Shown here piece by piece: positions 55,766 to 63,852 of a stretch of DNA of 64,000 bases. Every line of letters starts with the position of its first letter. The stretch's first letter is position 1. Source of the DNA: a virus (taxonomy: Duplodnaviria; Caudoviricetes); the IMG/VR virus record IMGVR_UViG_3300050156_000143, positions 128,001-192,000 of that record; one strand, given 5' to 3'. Below the pieces are notes generated by a model. The model was given only the letters and a program-made list of their open reading frames with translations. It did no database searches and had not been told where the DNA came from. A program made the position numbers and the translations under genes.

Positions 55766-56144
55766 TGATTTATAAGGAAGGCGAGCGCAGCGAAGCAAGC
55801 GAGTATTCCTTATAAATCACAGCGACTGTCAAGTCGGCTGTCTTCTTATTTGATTACCTTTCTCTCAAACGTGTTTATTCAATGTGATGAATAAAACCGA
55901 AAAGGCCACAATTGTGTCCAAATTTTTTTTATTTTTCTGGTTTAAGGTGGGTTGGAAACCTTGACGGAAAAGGTGTAGGGGGAAATTTCCAAAAACGAGT
56001 GATAGATGTATTTCCCAAAATTTTTCCCGGTGAAATTAAAGGCAAAAAACACCTATGAAATTTATAGGTTATCGGTCAAGCGAACAAGTCGCTCGCCCAG
56101 TTTTTGGCAAATCGCCCTCGATCGCTACGCTCACGAGTTCGCTT
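55766..56144. other. Candidate replication origin: two oppositely oriented hairpins with GCGA-rich loops in AT-rich DNA
   Basis: 14-bp perfect IR 55766-55779/55806-55819 around GGCGAGCGCAGCGAAGCAAGCGAG; IR 56078-56085/56137-56144 around TCGCTCGC..TCGCTACGCTC. Confidence 0.4.
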
Positions 56145-56484
56145 CACCAAAAACAAATCAGGAAATAAAGTTTTTCAAGAAACCGGGAAAAATCATAGCG
56201 AAAACAATGTCCTTCATCAGTTCAAAAATTCACCCAACGACCTGGAAATCGGCTCATGAATTTGCACAATGATGACAAAAATTTTTTGAAAAAATACAGA
56301 CACCCGCATGTAAAGTTTTGTAAAACCGGTTGACAAAAGTTGAAAACACTATGGGGCGCGGGACGGCGCCGCGCCAGAAAATTTTTCTCATGGAAAACAG
56401 TGATCGGGGTTCCGTTTTTGTGTGAAAATCTGATTTTCATGGGCCAACTGTGCCCAGCCCGGTTTTATCTACTTTTGGAGAATT

Positions 56485-56709
56485 GTGATGGATGAATTTG
56501 AATGTGCGAATTTGTTACTAAGTGGGCAATCATTTAAGATATCTGATAGTGTCCAACTAACTGCGGACACATATCCGCCCGTTCCGAATGGTGCAAATGG
56601 GGTGATCATAGCGAGAAACATCCGTAACACTCAGTATTACGTGCAATTCTCTTGTTTGCATTCTTGCGCACTGGTGGAATCCGCCCATTTGTCGTATTGT
56701 TGGGTGTAA
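56485..56709 (+). CDS. Family-S small protein 7
   Basis: DEFECANLL..FKISDSVQL..YCW. Confidence 0.7.
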   Translation: MMDEFECANLLLSGQSFKISDSVQLTADTYPPVPNGANGVIIARNIRNTQYYVQFSCLHSCALVESAHLSYCWV

Positions 56710-56711
56710 TA

Positions 56712-56918
56712 ATGATCGAACGTACATGTCATGGTGGTAAACACTTTTTTGCAAAGTTGGCGGACATAAAGCGTGGCTGGGCCAACAGTTGTAGTAAATC
56801 TTGTGCTGCACATACTAGGGAAAACCGATTGGGTCGCAATGGATATCGTGGGGTCAACGTGGCAAAATTCTTTAATGCCCACCTTTGCAGTAACAAAGAT
56901 TTGGATCGTAACAAATGA
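56712..56918 (+). CDS. Small Cys-containing (treble-clef-like) phage protein
   Basis: C..GK.F.A..ADIKRGW...CSKSCA. Confidence 0.6.
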   Translation: MIERTCHGGKHFFAKLADIKRGWANSCSKSCAAHTRENRLGRNGYRGVNVAKFFNAHLCSNKDLDRNK

Positions 56919-57151
56919 GTGATGAAATTGACGAAAATGCGCTGGCCTCTATATTGGCAGGTGATTTCCAAGTTGGGGATCGGGTTGCCCCCAGGGTCAA
57001 GTCGCGGCGGTGGATTGGGATGGTCGATAGTGTTGTTAATGGCCGCTATGGCTCGTTCGTGATTGTTAGGGTACGAGGATACACTGGGTGTATTCGGTGT
57101 GTGCCGACCGATCTCGAACATTATTTCGGAGAAACCGATGAATCACGATGA
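56915..57151 (+). CDS. Family-S small protein 8
   Basis: DENALASIL.GDFQVGDRV..HYFGE. Confidence 0.75.
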   Translation: MSDEIDENALASILAGDFQVGDRVAPRVKSRRWIGMVDSVVNGRYGSFVIVRVRGYTGCIRCVPTDLEHYFGETDESR

Positions 57152-57395
57152 TATTGTGAGTATTCTGCGAGGTGGGTTTGCCGTTGGGGATATCGTGATT
57201 GCCATTCGCATCATGCGTTCACGCAACAAAGTGATCGTGAACCCTGGTGATGTTGGCGTGGTGGATCGCGTACTGGATAATGGGTGTTGCGTGGTATTGT
57301 TCACTATGGAACTAAACTATCCGGGGTTTGAACCTTATGTGACTACGATTTACGCACCGATAGACCGCTATCTTCGCTACTATTACAAGGATTAA
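57138..57395 (+). CDS. Family-S small protein 9 (start 57138)
   Basis: DDIVSILRGGFAVGDIV..YYY. Confidence 0.7.
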   Translation: MNHDDIVSILRGGFAVGDIVIAIRIMRSRNKVIVNPGDVGVVDRVLDNGCCVVLFTMELNYPGFEPYVTTIYAPIDRYLRYYYKD

Positions 57396-57396
57396 T

Positions 57397-57645
57397 ATGG
57401 ACGAGATCGAATGTGCCAATTTGCTTAGGGGTGATTTTCAAGTGGGTGACAAAGTGCGACTTGCCGATCATTATGTCAATCAATTTCCGCACACCAAAGA
57501 AGAAGCGGGCCACCTGGCATGGCATGGTAAGGTGATTGCCACATCTTGTGTTCCAGTATCCCGTTGTCTATCCCATTGTCTGGTGCTTTATGGTGACACC
57601 ACGGAGTGGTAACCTGTAAGTAATCTGACATATTGCTGGGACTGA
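57397..57645 (+). pseudogene. Family-S small protein 10, with premature TAA at 57610-57612
   Basis: DEIECANLLRGDFQVGDKV; in-frame continuation PVSNLTYCWD carries the family C-terminal motif. Confidence 0.65.
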
Positions 57646-57743
57646 CAGTGCCCCCACGATGTCCTCACATTGTTGTCAACTTTTATCGCACGATGCCGAC
57701 CGTTGTGGTTATACTGGCACCACTTTAACCAAAGGAGAGTTCT

Positions 57744-58730
57744 GTGAAACGAGTTTTTGTTGCTTTTTTGATGACGCTGGCGATGACGCTAGCTCACGCC
57801 TTGCCGAGTCCGCGTGATGTGGAATTTCAGTTGCAAAGCGGCAACTACGCCGCTGCAAGGGCAATGGTGGTGGAAGTGTTGCAAGCCAAACCCGACAGTG
57901 CTCAGGCTCATCTGTTGAAGGCTGCTATTTTGGTGGATAGTGATCGCAACATGTCGGCTGCACGTTCCGAGCTAGAATTGGTGAAAACGTTGGATCAAAA
58001 TGGCAAGACCGTGAATTCACCGTTGATGAACCGGTTGCAGTCAACCGTGAATGCGTTTTACGCTGAACGACAAATCGCTCAGTCGAAGTTGCAATCTGTT
58101 CCTCAACCCGTACCCCAAGTTGTTCAACCACCCGTACAACATCAGGTGGCTCTTGCAAACGAATCTTCGGGTATTGGATTCTGGGTATTGATCCTCATCC
58201 TGGTACTGGCAGCAGGTTTCGCTCTGTACCGAATTCTCCGGCAACATGAATTGGAACGTGTGGTATCGGGTGGTCGAACCACTCGCAAAAATGATGAAGT
58301 GGACGATTATTTGGCCCGATCGAGCTATTCGGCCCCGTCTGCTTCATCGTATACGCCACCTGTACCCGCACCTGTACCCACGCCGTATGTTCGCACTGAA
58401 CGTCATGTGGTTCACCATGAGCATCACTATGACAATACTGGTGGCGCAATGAGTGCGGGCATTGGCGCAGCTATTGGTGCAGGTGTGGGCGTACTGGCAG
58501 CAGAAACATTGTTGCATTCTGATCGTCATTCTGCCCCCGCGCCTTATTCACCCCCGTATTCACCACCTGTTTCTACCTCTGTGGCGCCAACCTATAGCAG
58601 CGGTTCTTCATCGTGGGATGATGAGCGTTCGTCCAGGACTTATGACAGTGGGTCGAGTTCATGGGATAATGCGCCAAGCCCATCGTCAAGCTCAAGTTCT
58701 GACTCTGACTCTGGTTCTAGTGACTGGTGA
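57744..58730 (+). CDS. Exported TPR-like protein with TM helix and Pro/Ser-rich tail
   Basis: Signal peptide, GNY..A..VL...P.SA.AH, central TM segment, low-complexity C-terminus. Confidence 0.7.
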   Translation: MKRVFVAFLMTLAMTLAHALPSPRDVEFQLQSGNYAAARAMVVEVLQAKPDSAQAHLLKAAILVDSDRNMSAARSELELVKTLDQNGKTVNSPLMNRLQSTVNAFYAERQIAQSKLQSVPQPVPQVVQPPVQHQVALANESSGIGFWVLILILVLAAGFALYRILRQHELERVVSGGRTTRKNDEVDDYLARSSYSAPSASSYTPPVPAPVPTPYVRTERHVVHHEHHYDNTGGAMSAGIGAAIGAGVGVLAAETLLHSDRHSAPAPYSPPYSPPVSTSVAPTYSSGSSSWDDERSSRTYDSGSSSWDNAPSPSSSSSSDSDSGSSDW

Positions 58731-58741
58731 TTGAACAATAG

Positions 58742-58766
58742 AAAAAGCGGCCTAGGCCGCTTTTTT
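58742..58766 (+). terminator. Intrinsic terminator identical in core to 36990
   Basis: aaaaagcggcctaggccgctttttt. Confidence 0.8.
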
Positions 58767-58790
58767 GGCAAACTAAGCAAAGATTGCATC

Positions 58791-59165
58791 ATGAATTTAA
58801 CCAAGATTGTTCGTCGGGTTCGTAAAGCGTCTGAAGCAGCGATGAACGCACGGTGGTTTTCACCTTATAACGCCATTTTGATCTCCACTTTGTCTCAAAC
58901 GGAGCATGCGGTCTACGTTGCAAACAAAATGGGGCTAGAATACTCCCCAATTGTAGTAACACATTTCAGTTTGGGTGAATTTACTCGTCGCCAAGTGGCC
59001 GATGCAACGGAAACTGATGTGTTTTGTGGCGATAACGCTTGTTGTTTACTGGTGGGCGATGATGAAATGAACCGTTGGCACAATTGGGGTGATACTCCTG
59101 ACAGTTATTTTGACTCTGAACAAGTTCGATGTGAAGTGCAATCCAGGTATGCCACAGTATCTTAA
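58791..59165 (+). CDS. Hypothetical protein (start 58791)
   Basis: The upstream part of the track ORF is the terminator. Confidence 0.55.
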   Translation: MNLTKIVRRVRKASEAAMNARWFSPYNAILISTLSQTEHAVYVANKMGLEYSPIVVTHFSLGEFTRRQVADATETDVFCGDNACCLLVGDDEMNRWHNWGDTPDSYFDSEQVRCEVQSRYATVS

Positions 59166-59337
59166 ATATTGTCCGTTTTGTAAGCATGTTCCGCCAATAG
59201 ATTATGAAACTGTTCACCGTGTTGACATAATGGGGACAGTTTGGCGCGCAGGTTGTGATAACTGTGATGCGTCGATCTTGGCAGATTCTGAACTTGAAGC
59301 GATCGAGAAATGGAACACCCGTGTTAACGACGATTGA
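59149..59337 (+). CDS. Lar-family restriction alleviation-like zinc protein
   Basis: LK.CPFC..C.NC..A..EAIEKWNTR. Confidence 0.7.
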   Translation: MPQYLKYCPFCKHVPPIDYETVHRVDIMGTVWRAGCDNCDASILADSELEAIEKWNTRVNDD

Positions 59338-59578
59338 CTCAAATTTGGTGATGTGGTTGGATGTTCAAAGCACCATAAAACCAATTTCGGTTCCTCGTGC
59401 AAAGAAGGCGCAGAAAAAACTGCTGGCCATCGTGGGTTGGATGGATTTGCACCAGATTCCACACGAAACGTGGACATTGAACAACGGATTGGGTGATATT
59501 GCAGAGATTCGGTTTGCGCAATCAGCGTTCTCTGACAAGTTGGTGGAAGAATTTTGTAATCTATTTTGTGAGGAATGA
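59255..59578 (+). CDS. Hypothetical protein (start uncertain)
   Basis: ORF in operon. Confidence 0.45.
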   Translation: MITVMRRSWQILNLKRSRNGTPVLTTIDSNLVMWLDVQSTIKPISVPRAKKAQKKLLAIVGWMDLHQIPHETWTLNNGLGDIAEIRFAQSAFSDKLVEEFCNLFCEE

Positions 59579-59581
59579 TGA

Positions 59582-59815
59582 ATGAACCCGGTTCCAAGAT
59601 ATTGGTGGAAAATGGATACCAAGAATAATCAGATAGTGGTTCATTCTGACTACCCAGGTGGGCGCAATTTGGCCGCATTCGGGTTCGTGGAAGATGCGGA
59701 TGAAGGTATTGCTCAAGCTGAACGTCTAATTTCGGATTATCGTGCGGGTAGGGCAACTCCAACGTTTACCAGGTTTACCGGTGCTGGTGTGAGTGGTTAT
59801 AGGGGATACAAATGA
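59582..59815 (+). CDS. Hypothetical protein
   Basis: GAGG RBS. Confidence 0.6.
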   Translation: MNPVPRYWWKMDTKNNQIVVHSDYPGGRNLAAFGFVEDADEGIAQAERLISDYRAGRATPTFTRFTGAGVSGYRGYK

Positions 59816-60021
59816 GATTTGGTGAGTTTTTGTATTGGTACACTGTTATGTGTGTGGTGGTTTGGGTAATGGGTTCGTGTTTGGTCAGTGTTTTTGCGGC
59901 GGATTATTTCTCGTTTGATGCCACCGTTTCAGCATTCATATTGCAACCGTTGGCTGGGATGATTGGGTTGGTTGTGTCAAAATGCACTTATCATGAAGTT
60001 TGGGAAAGGATTCGAGAATGA
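59812..60021 (+). CDS. Small membrane protein
   Basis: Two hydrophobic segments. Confidence 0.6.
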   Translation: MRFGEFLYWYTVMCVVVWVMGSCLVSVFAADYFSFDATVSAFILQPLAGMIGLVVSKCTYHEVWERIRE

Positions 60022-60329
60022 CGCCAGAAGATGACCTGATATCGGTGTTGCGTGGCTTTCAGCGCGGTGATTTGGTTACGGTTGACCCAGCTTGTCTGGC
60101 CCCGGATTGGAAAGGAATGCGATCCATGCGAACGTGTTGCGATCGTGACGTGTGGTGGCGGCCACCAGGCACGGATTCAATTCGGGAATTTGCGGCCAAA
60201 CAATCTGCATTGGTGACGGAGAGTTCACTCGAACCACGGTGGCTTGTTTGCTTGCTACTAGACGGTAGTTCGGTTTGGCTGTTCTCAGATGAAATTATCC
60301 ATTTCTATCCAGGTAGTGATCTACGGTGA
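60018..60329 (+). CDS. Family-S small protein 11 (start 60018)
   Basis: EDDLISVLRGFQRGDLVTV..IHFY. Confidence 0.6.
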   Translation: MTPEDDLISVLRGFQRGDLVTVDPACLAPDWKGMRSMRTCCDRDVWWRPPGTDSIREFAAKQSALVTESSLEPRWLVCLLLDGSSVWLFSDEIIHFYPGSDLR

Positions 60330-60715
60330 GGGACAAAATGCTTAAACAGGTTATTCTGGTGCGAAAAGATTTACACATGGGTGTTGGTAAAATTGCTGCA
60401 CAAGTTGCTCACGCGAGCATGGCGGCATTTTTGAAAGATAGTCAAACCATTGGTGATTCTCTGATAGTTCCCTTGACTGAGCACAATAAGGGCTGGATTG
60501 GAGGATCATTCACTAAAGTGTGTTTGGGTGTGAAGACTGAAGGTGAATTGCGGGCATTGCTGGAGTCAGCTAGATTGGTTGGGATTCCCCACGGCTTAAT
60601 CACTGACAATGGGCGAACAGTGTTTAATGGTGTCCCCACAGTGACATGTGGGGCTATCGGCCCTTATGATGCTACCGTGATCGACACCATAACAGGACAT
60701 TTGACACTACTATGA
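60326..60715 (+). CDS. pth2: Peptidyl-tRNA hydrolase, Pth2 type
   Basis: KQVILVRKDL.M..GKIAAQVAHAS, TKVCL, ITDNGRT, TCGAIGP. Confidence 0.92.
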   Translation: MRDKMLKQVILVRKDLHMGVGKIAAQVAHASMAAFLKDSQTIGDSLIVPLTEHNKGWIGGSFTKVCLGVKTEGELRALLESARLVGIPHGLITDNGRTVFNGVPTVTCGAIGPYDATVIDTITGHLTLL

Positions 60716-61149
60716 CTAGAGATTGGAAGGCGGAATGCGCTGATGTTACTGGGATTGGATACAGAATCGAATATTCTAGCCATGCTATGCTCTGTGGCAT
60801 CCCTTCTATTTTGGCACCAGTGCGTATTTGGCTCCAACAACGGTATCGAATTGACCAACGGACTGATTTCGAGTTTTTTATATGCCCAAACAGCATAGAC
60901 GGGAACGAATGGGCTGGTTTGTGGAAAATGCTGGATGCCCTATTGTGGGCTGGCGCTTCGATTGTGGGGTGGATCGGCCAATCTGATCGAGCACTGTTGT
61001 GTGCAAATTTTGAGTACGTGGAATCAATGATGGAAAATTATGAATCAATGGTGGTGGAACCATGTTTTCACACCATGCCCAACATTTTAGGGGCTATTGT
61101 GTCGTTTGACCAGGTGCGCGCACCTGCATTGCGACTGGTCACATCATGA
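60712..61149 (+). CDS. Hypothetical protein
   Basis: Coupled ORF. Confidence 0.55.
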   Translation: MTRDWKAECADVTGIGYRIEYSSHAMLCGIPSILAPVRIWLQQRYRIDQRTDFEFFICPNSIDGNEWAGLWKMLDALLWAGASIVGWIGQSDRALLCANFEYVESMMENYESMVVEPCFHTMPNILGAIVSFDQVRAPALRLVTS

Positions 61150-61601
61150 CAGCCACGATGTTCAAAGATGTGTGTTCTATCAGACGACTTGGGGTGAGAA
61201 CTAGAGTGGTGGCGTCAGTGTGTGAAATCGGATTCGGGAAAGCAAATGACTATAATCGAGTGAAGGCGTTATATTCCAAATTTTCGTCGATACTCGACGG
61301 CTATCAGTCTGACCGTCAATGGCATTACAGCTATCGTTTCGCAGCAGAATTTCACCCAGACAAAACGGATCAGGCCAAATGGCTACATTCGGTTATTTGG
61401 GATAGCAGCAATACTGATACCGCGTATTTGTGGGTATCTCGCAACACAGTGATTGTTGCAGCACCGTCCGCAACGTTGGCAAACTTGTTGACACAATATA
61501 CGCCGTTGTCCTCGTGGTTTTACTTCAGAGTGAACGACTGTGTTGTTGGTAAATTCACGCTGTCTGACGATGATGCCACCCATTTGATGTTGATCAACTA
61601 A
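61146..61601 (+). CDS. Hypothetical protein, family T (C-terminal DD.T..ML)
   Basis: Ends FTLSDDDATHLMLIN. Confidence 0.6.
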   Translation: MTATMFKDVCSIRRLGVRTRVVASVCEIGFGKANDYNRVKALYSKFSSILDGYQSDRQWHYSYRFAAEFHPDKTDQAKWLHSVIWDSSNTDTAYLWVSRNTVIVAAPSATLANLLTQYTPLSSWFYFRVNDCVVGKFTLSDDDATHLMLIN

Positions 61602-61603
61602 CA

Positions 61604-62038
61604 ATGCTTAATATTCACGATGTTTGGGTAGATTTTTCACAATTGGCGCGTCAAGTGCGTATTCATCTAGACACAAGTGACATTGCATCGTTGCACGCGG
61701 TGGGTTCAGACGTTGAAACGGTTGCGCGTCTGATTGACGGTCATATGAACAAATGCGATATTACTGTTGGCCCCTATTGGACTAGCACACACGAACAAAA
61801 CATACAAATTGATTCACAAACTGGCAAAGAACTGTTTAACTTATGGTGTCGAAATGTGGATGGCAGTTTACACATAATTTGGATCAACTGCATGGAGTGC
61901 ATAACCAACGCGCAAACAATTTCGTCGGACAGTGTGGTACACCAATACCGAATAAACGCTACCCCAGAATGGGTTATAAGTCGGCTGAAGTTTTTGGATG
62001 ACGAATCCAAGACGGCTTTTATATTATTGAATGGGTGA
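61604..62038 (+). CDS. Hypothetical protein, family T
   Basis: Ends LKFLDDESKTAFILLNG. Confidence 0.6.
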   Translation: MLNIHDVWVDFSQLARQVRIHLDTSDIASLHAVGSDVETVARLIDGHMNKCDITVGPYWTSTHEQNIQIDSQTGKELFNLWCRNVDGSLHIIWINCMECITNAQTISSDSVVHQYRINATPEWVISRLKFLDDESKTAFILLNG

Positions 62039-62474
62039 TGTTATGACTATTGTGCCAATGATATGGATTGAAATTCAACAGCAATGGGATTCCAAATTAA
62101 CACACATCGAGTTGGAGTCATATACTCCCGAACCTTTGGGGTGGGTGGAATTGGACTTGCTTGAATTTACTGAGGCGAAACATGTAGTGGAAATACATCG
62201 ATCGATCGACGACCTCCCTGGTAGTCGCAACGATTGTTATATCGAAACAGAATGTGCCCAAACATGGTGGACATTCGTTACCACACCGGGTCAAATTAAA
62301 TGGCTGTCGGAATTTGAATGCTTACTGACGAATATCCATGTTGACCCAGATTCGGTGAATCACCCCAATGGGCAGACGATACACTCGTATTTGGTCTCTG
62401 ATAACAACATTTTGGTATCGAGAATACGGCTCGACGACGAAACTATGAAAACCGCATTGATTTTGGGACTGTGA
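62031..62474 (+). CDS. Hypothetical protein, family T
   Basis: Ends IRLDDETMKTALILGL. Confidence 0.6.
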   Translation: MGDVMTIVPMIWIEIQQQWDSKLTHIELESYTPEPLGWVELDLLEFTEAKHVVEIHRSIDDLPGSRNDCYIETECAQTWWTFVTTPGQIKWLSEFECLLTNIHVDPDSVNHPNGQTIHSYLVSDNNILVSRIRLDDETMKTALILGL

Positions 62475-62475
62475 A

Positions 62476-62973
62476 TTGACCGAATTGATTTGTACGTCCA
62501 TGTGGAAATACTCGATTGGCGCCACTGATGGGTCGAGTGAAGTGATGATTCACGCCGTGGTGGAGAACGAATGTGTCACTTTTCCACCGTATATTCATTC
62601 ACAACTCGCTATAACTGGTGCGTGTATGCCGTCAAGAGGTGGCGTTGTCCAATACGTTCTAGTGCTGCAAATTGGAGGGGGTCATTATGAACGTACAGTG
62701 GCCAACCCAACCGATATTTCATCGTTACTCACGTTATTGGGTGAAATGTTCATGCTTTCAGACAACGGGATCGATCCAGCCCATGTCGTGAAATCCACTC
62801 ACTTCGCTGAGAACAGTGTGTGGACACTCATGACTCACGGTGAAATTTGCGACTTTGAGGAAACCGTGGGCGCACAATGTTGCACACAATGGTTGACCAC
62901 TTTTCATGGGTATGTGCTAGTGGAAATTCCAATCATGCACTACAATCGGCGTCATGAACTACGTAACCAGTGA
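62476..62973 (+). CDS. Hypothetical protein
   Basis: ORF in operon. Confidence 0.55.
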   Translation: MTELICTSMWKYSIGATDGSSEVMIHAVVENECVTFPPYIHSQLAITGACMPSRGGVVQYVLVLQIGGGHYERTVANPTDISSLLTLLGEMFMLSDNGIDPAHVVKSTHFAENSVWTLMTHGEICDFEETVGAQCCTQWLTTFHGYVLVEIPIMHYNRRHELRNQ

Positions 62974-63514
62974 CTGGCACTTGAACCACAAACGGATTCT
63001 CTCAGTGTGCCCCAAAACACGGGGCCAATTCGATGTGATTCCATACTCACTCCCCTATAATTTGTGGATCATGAATGAAACAATGGTTCATGAATTTAAC
63101 CAAACGGTGAATCCCACCGATACCACATATTTTTTGGGAGATATGGGATTTGGTGAATACAGATTGGTGAGTAGTCTTATTTCCAGATTGAATGGGAAGA
63201 AAGTTCTGGTCAAGGGAATCCACGATCATAGTCTTATCACGAAACCAACGTTTGGTGAACAGTTCACCAAAATTGTTGACTATCTTGAAGAAAAGATTGA
63301 CGGACAGAAATTCGTCATGATGCACTACCCGGTTTACGATTGGAATGGCCAACATCACGGAACCTGTCATCTTCATGGGCATCGCCACGGAACCGTACAT
63401 GGTATTCCTGGTAGAATCCTGGATGTTGGGTTTGATGCCACTGGCAAAATCGTTCTGCCCTTTGTTGACATCATCGAACGCCTACGATCTATCCAGCCTG
63501 GTAAACACCATTGA
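62954..63514 (+). CDS. Calcineurin-like metallophosphoesterase
   Basis: TSDWH, LGDMGF, GIHD (usually GNHD), MHYP, HLHGHRH, ILDVG.D. Confidence 0.88.
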   Translation: MNYVTSDWHLNHKRILSVCPKTRGQFDVIPYSLPYNLWIMNETMVHEFNQTVNPTDTTYFLGDMGFGEYRLVSSLISRLNGKKVLVKGIHDHSLITKPTFGEQFTKIVDYLEEKIDGQKFVMMHYPVYDWNGQHHGTCHLHGHRHGTVHGIPGRILDVGFDATGKIVLPFVDIIERLRSIQPGKHH

Positions 63515-63536
63515 CTCACTTTGAGAGGAACTTGAA

Positions 63537-63740
63537 ATGAACATGCGCAACGCTCGTCGCCAAACCAACGCCAAGATGGCGGTCGAATTGAATGCACGGA
63601 CTTGGATCGCAGAGTTGGTCGATCGGATCAACCATCGATATGATGGGGAAATTAAACCCGTGATTGCCTATGCCAAAAAATGTATTTGGGCAATCGAGTA
63701 CCTGAAACCAGACTTTTCTAAATTGGAGAATGACCAATGA
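63537..63740 (+). CDS. Hypothetical protein
   Basis: GAGG RBS. Confidence 0.5.
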   Translation: MNMRNARRQTNAKMAVELNARTWIAELVDRINHRYDGEIKPVIAYAKKCIWAIEYLKPDFSKLENDQ

Positions 63741-63852
63741 GCATTCGTAAAATCGCACGATACACCAAACAACGTCAAGTCCTGAGTTCCATGCGATTTG
63801 CCGAATTTATGGCATACTTGGATAACATTAACGGGGAATTCTTGTGACAAAC

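Noticed and set aside
55431-56440. ORFs 55431-55634, 56006-56272 and 56222-56440
   Set aside because: They lie in structured or A/T-tract DNA, with K/F-biased translations and no RBS.
52779-60329. Diversity-generating retroelement explanation for the paralog arrays
   Set aside because: No reverse transcriptase in the window, and the copies are far too divergent at DNA level for a TR/VR pair with A-only changes.
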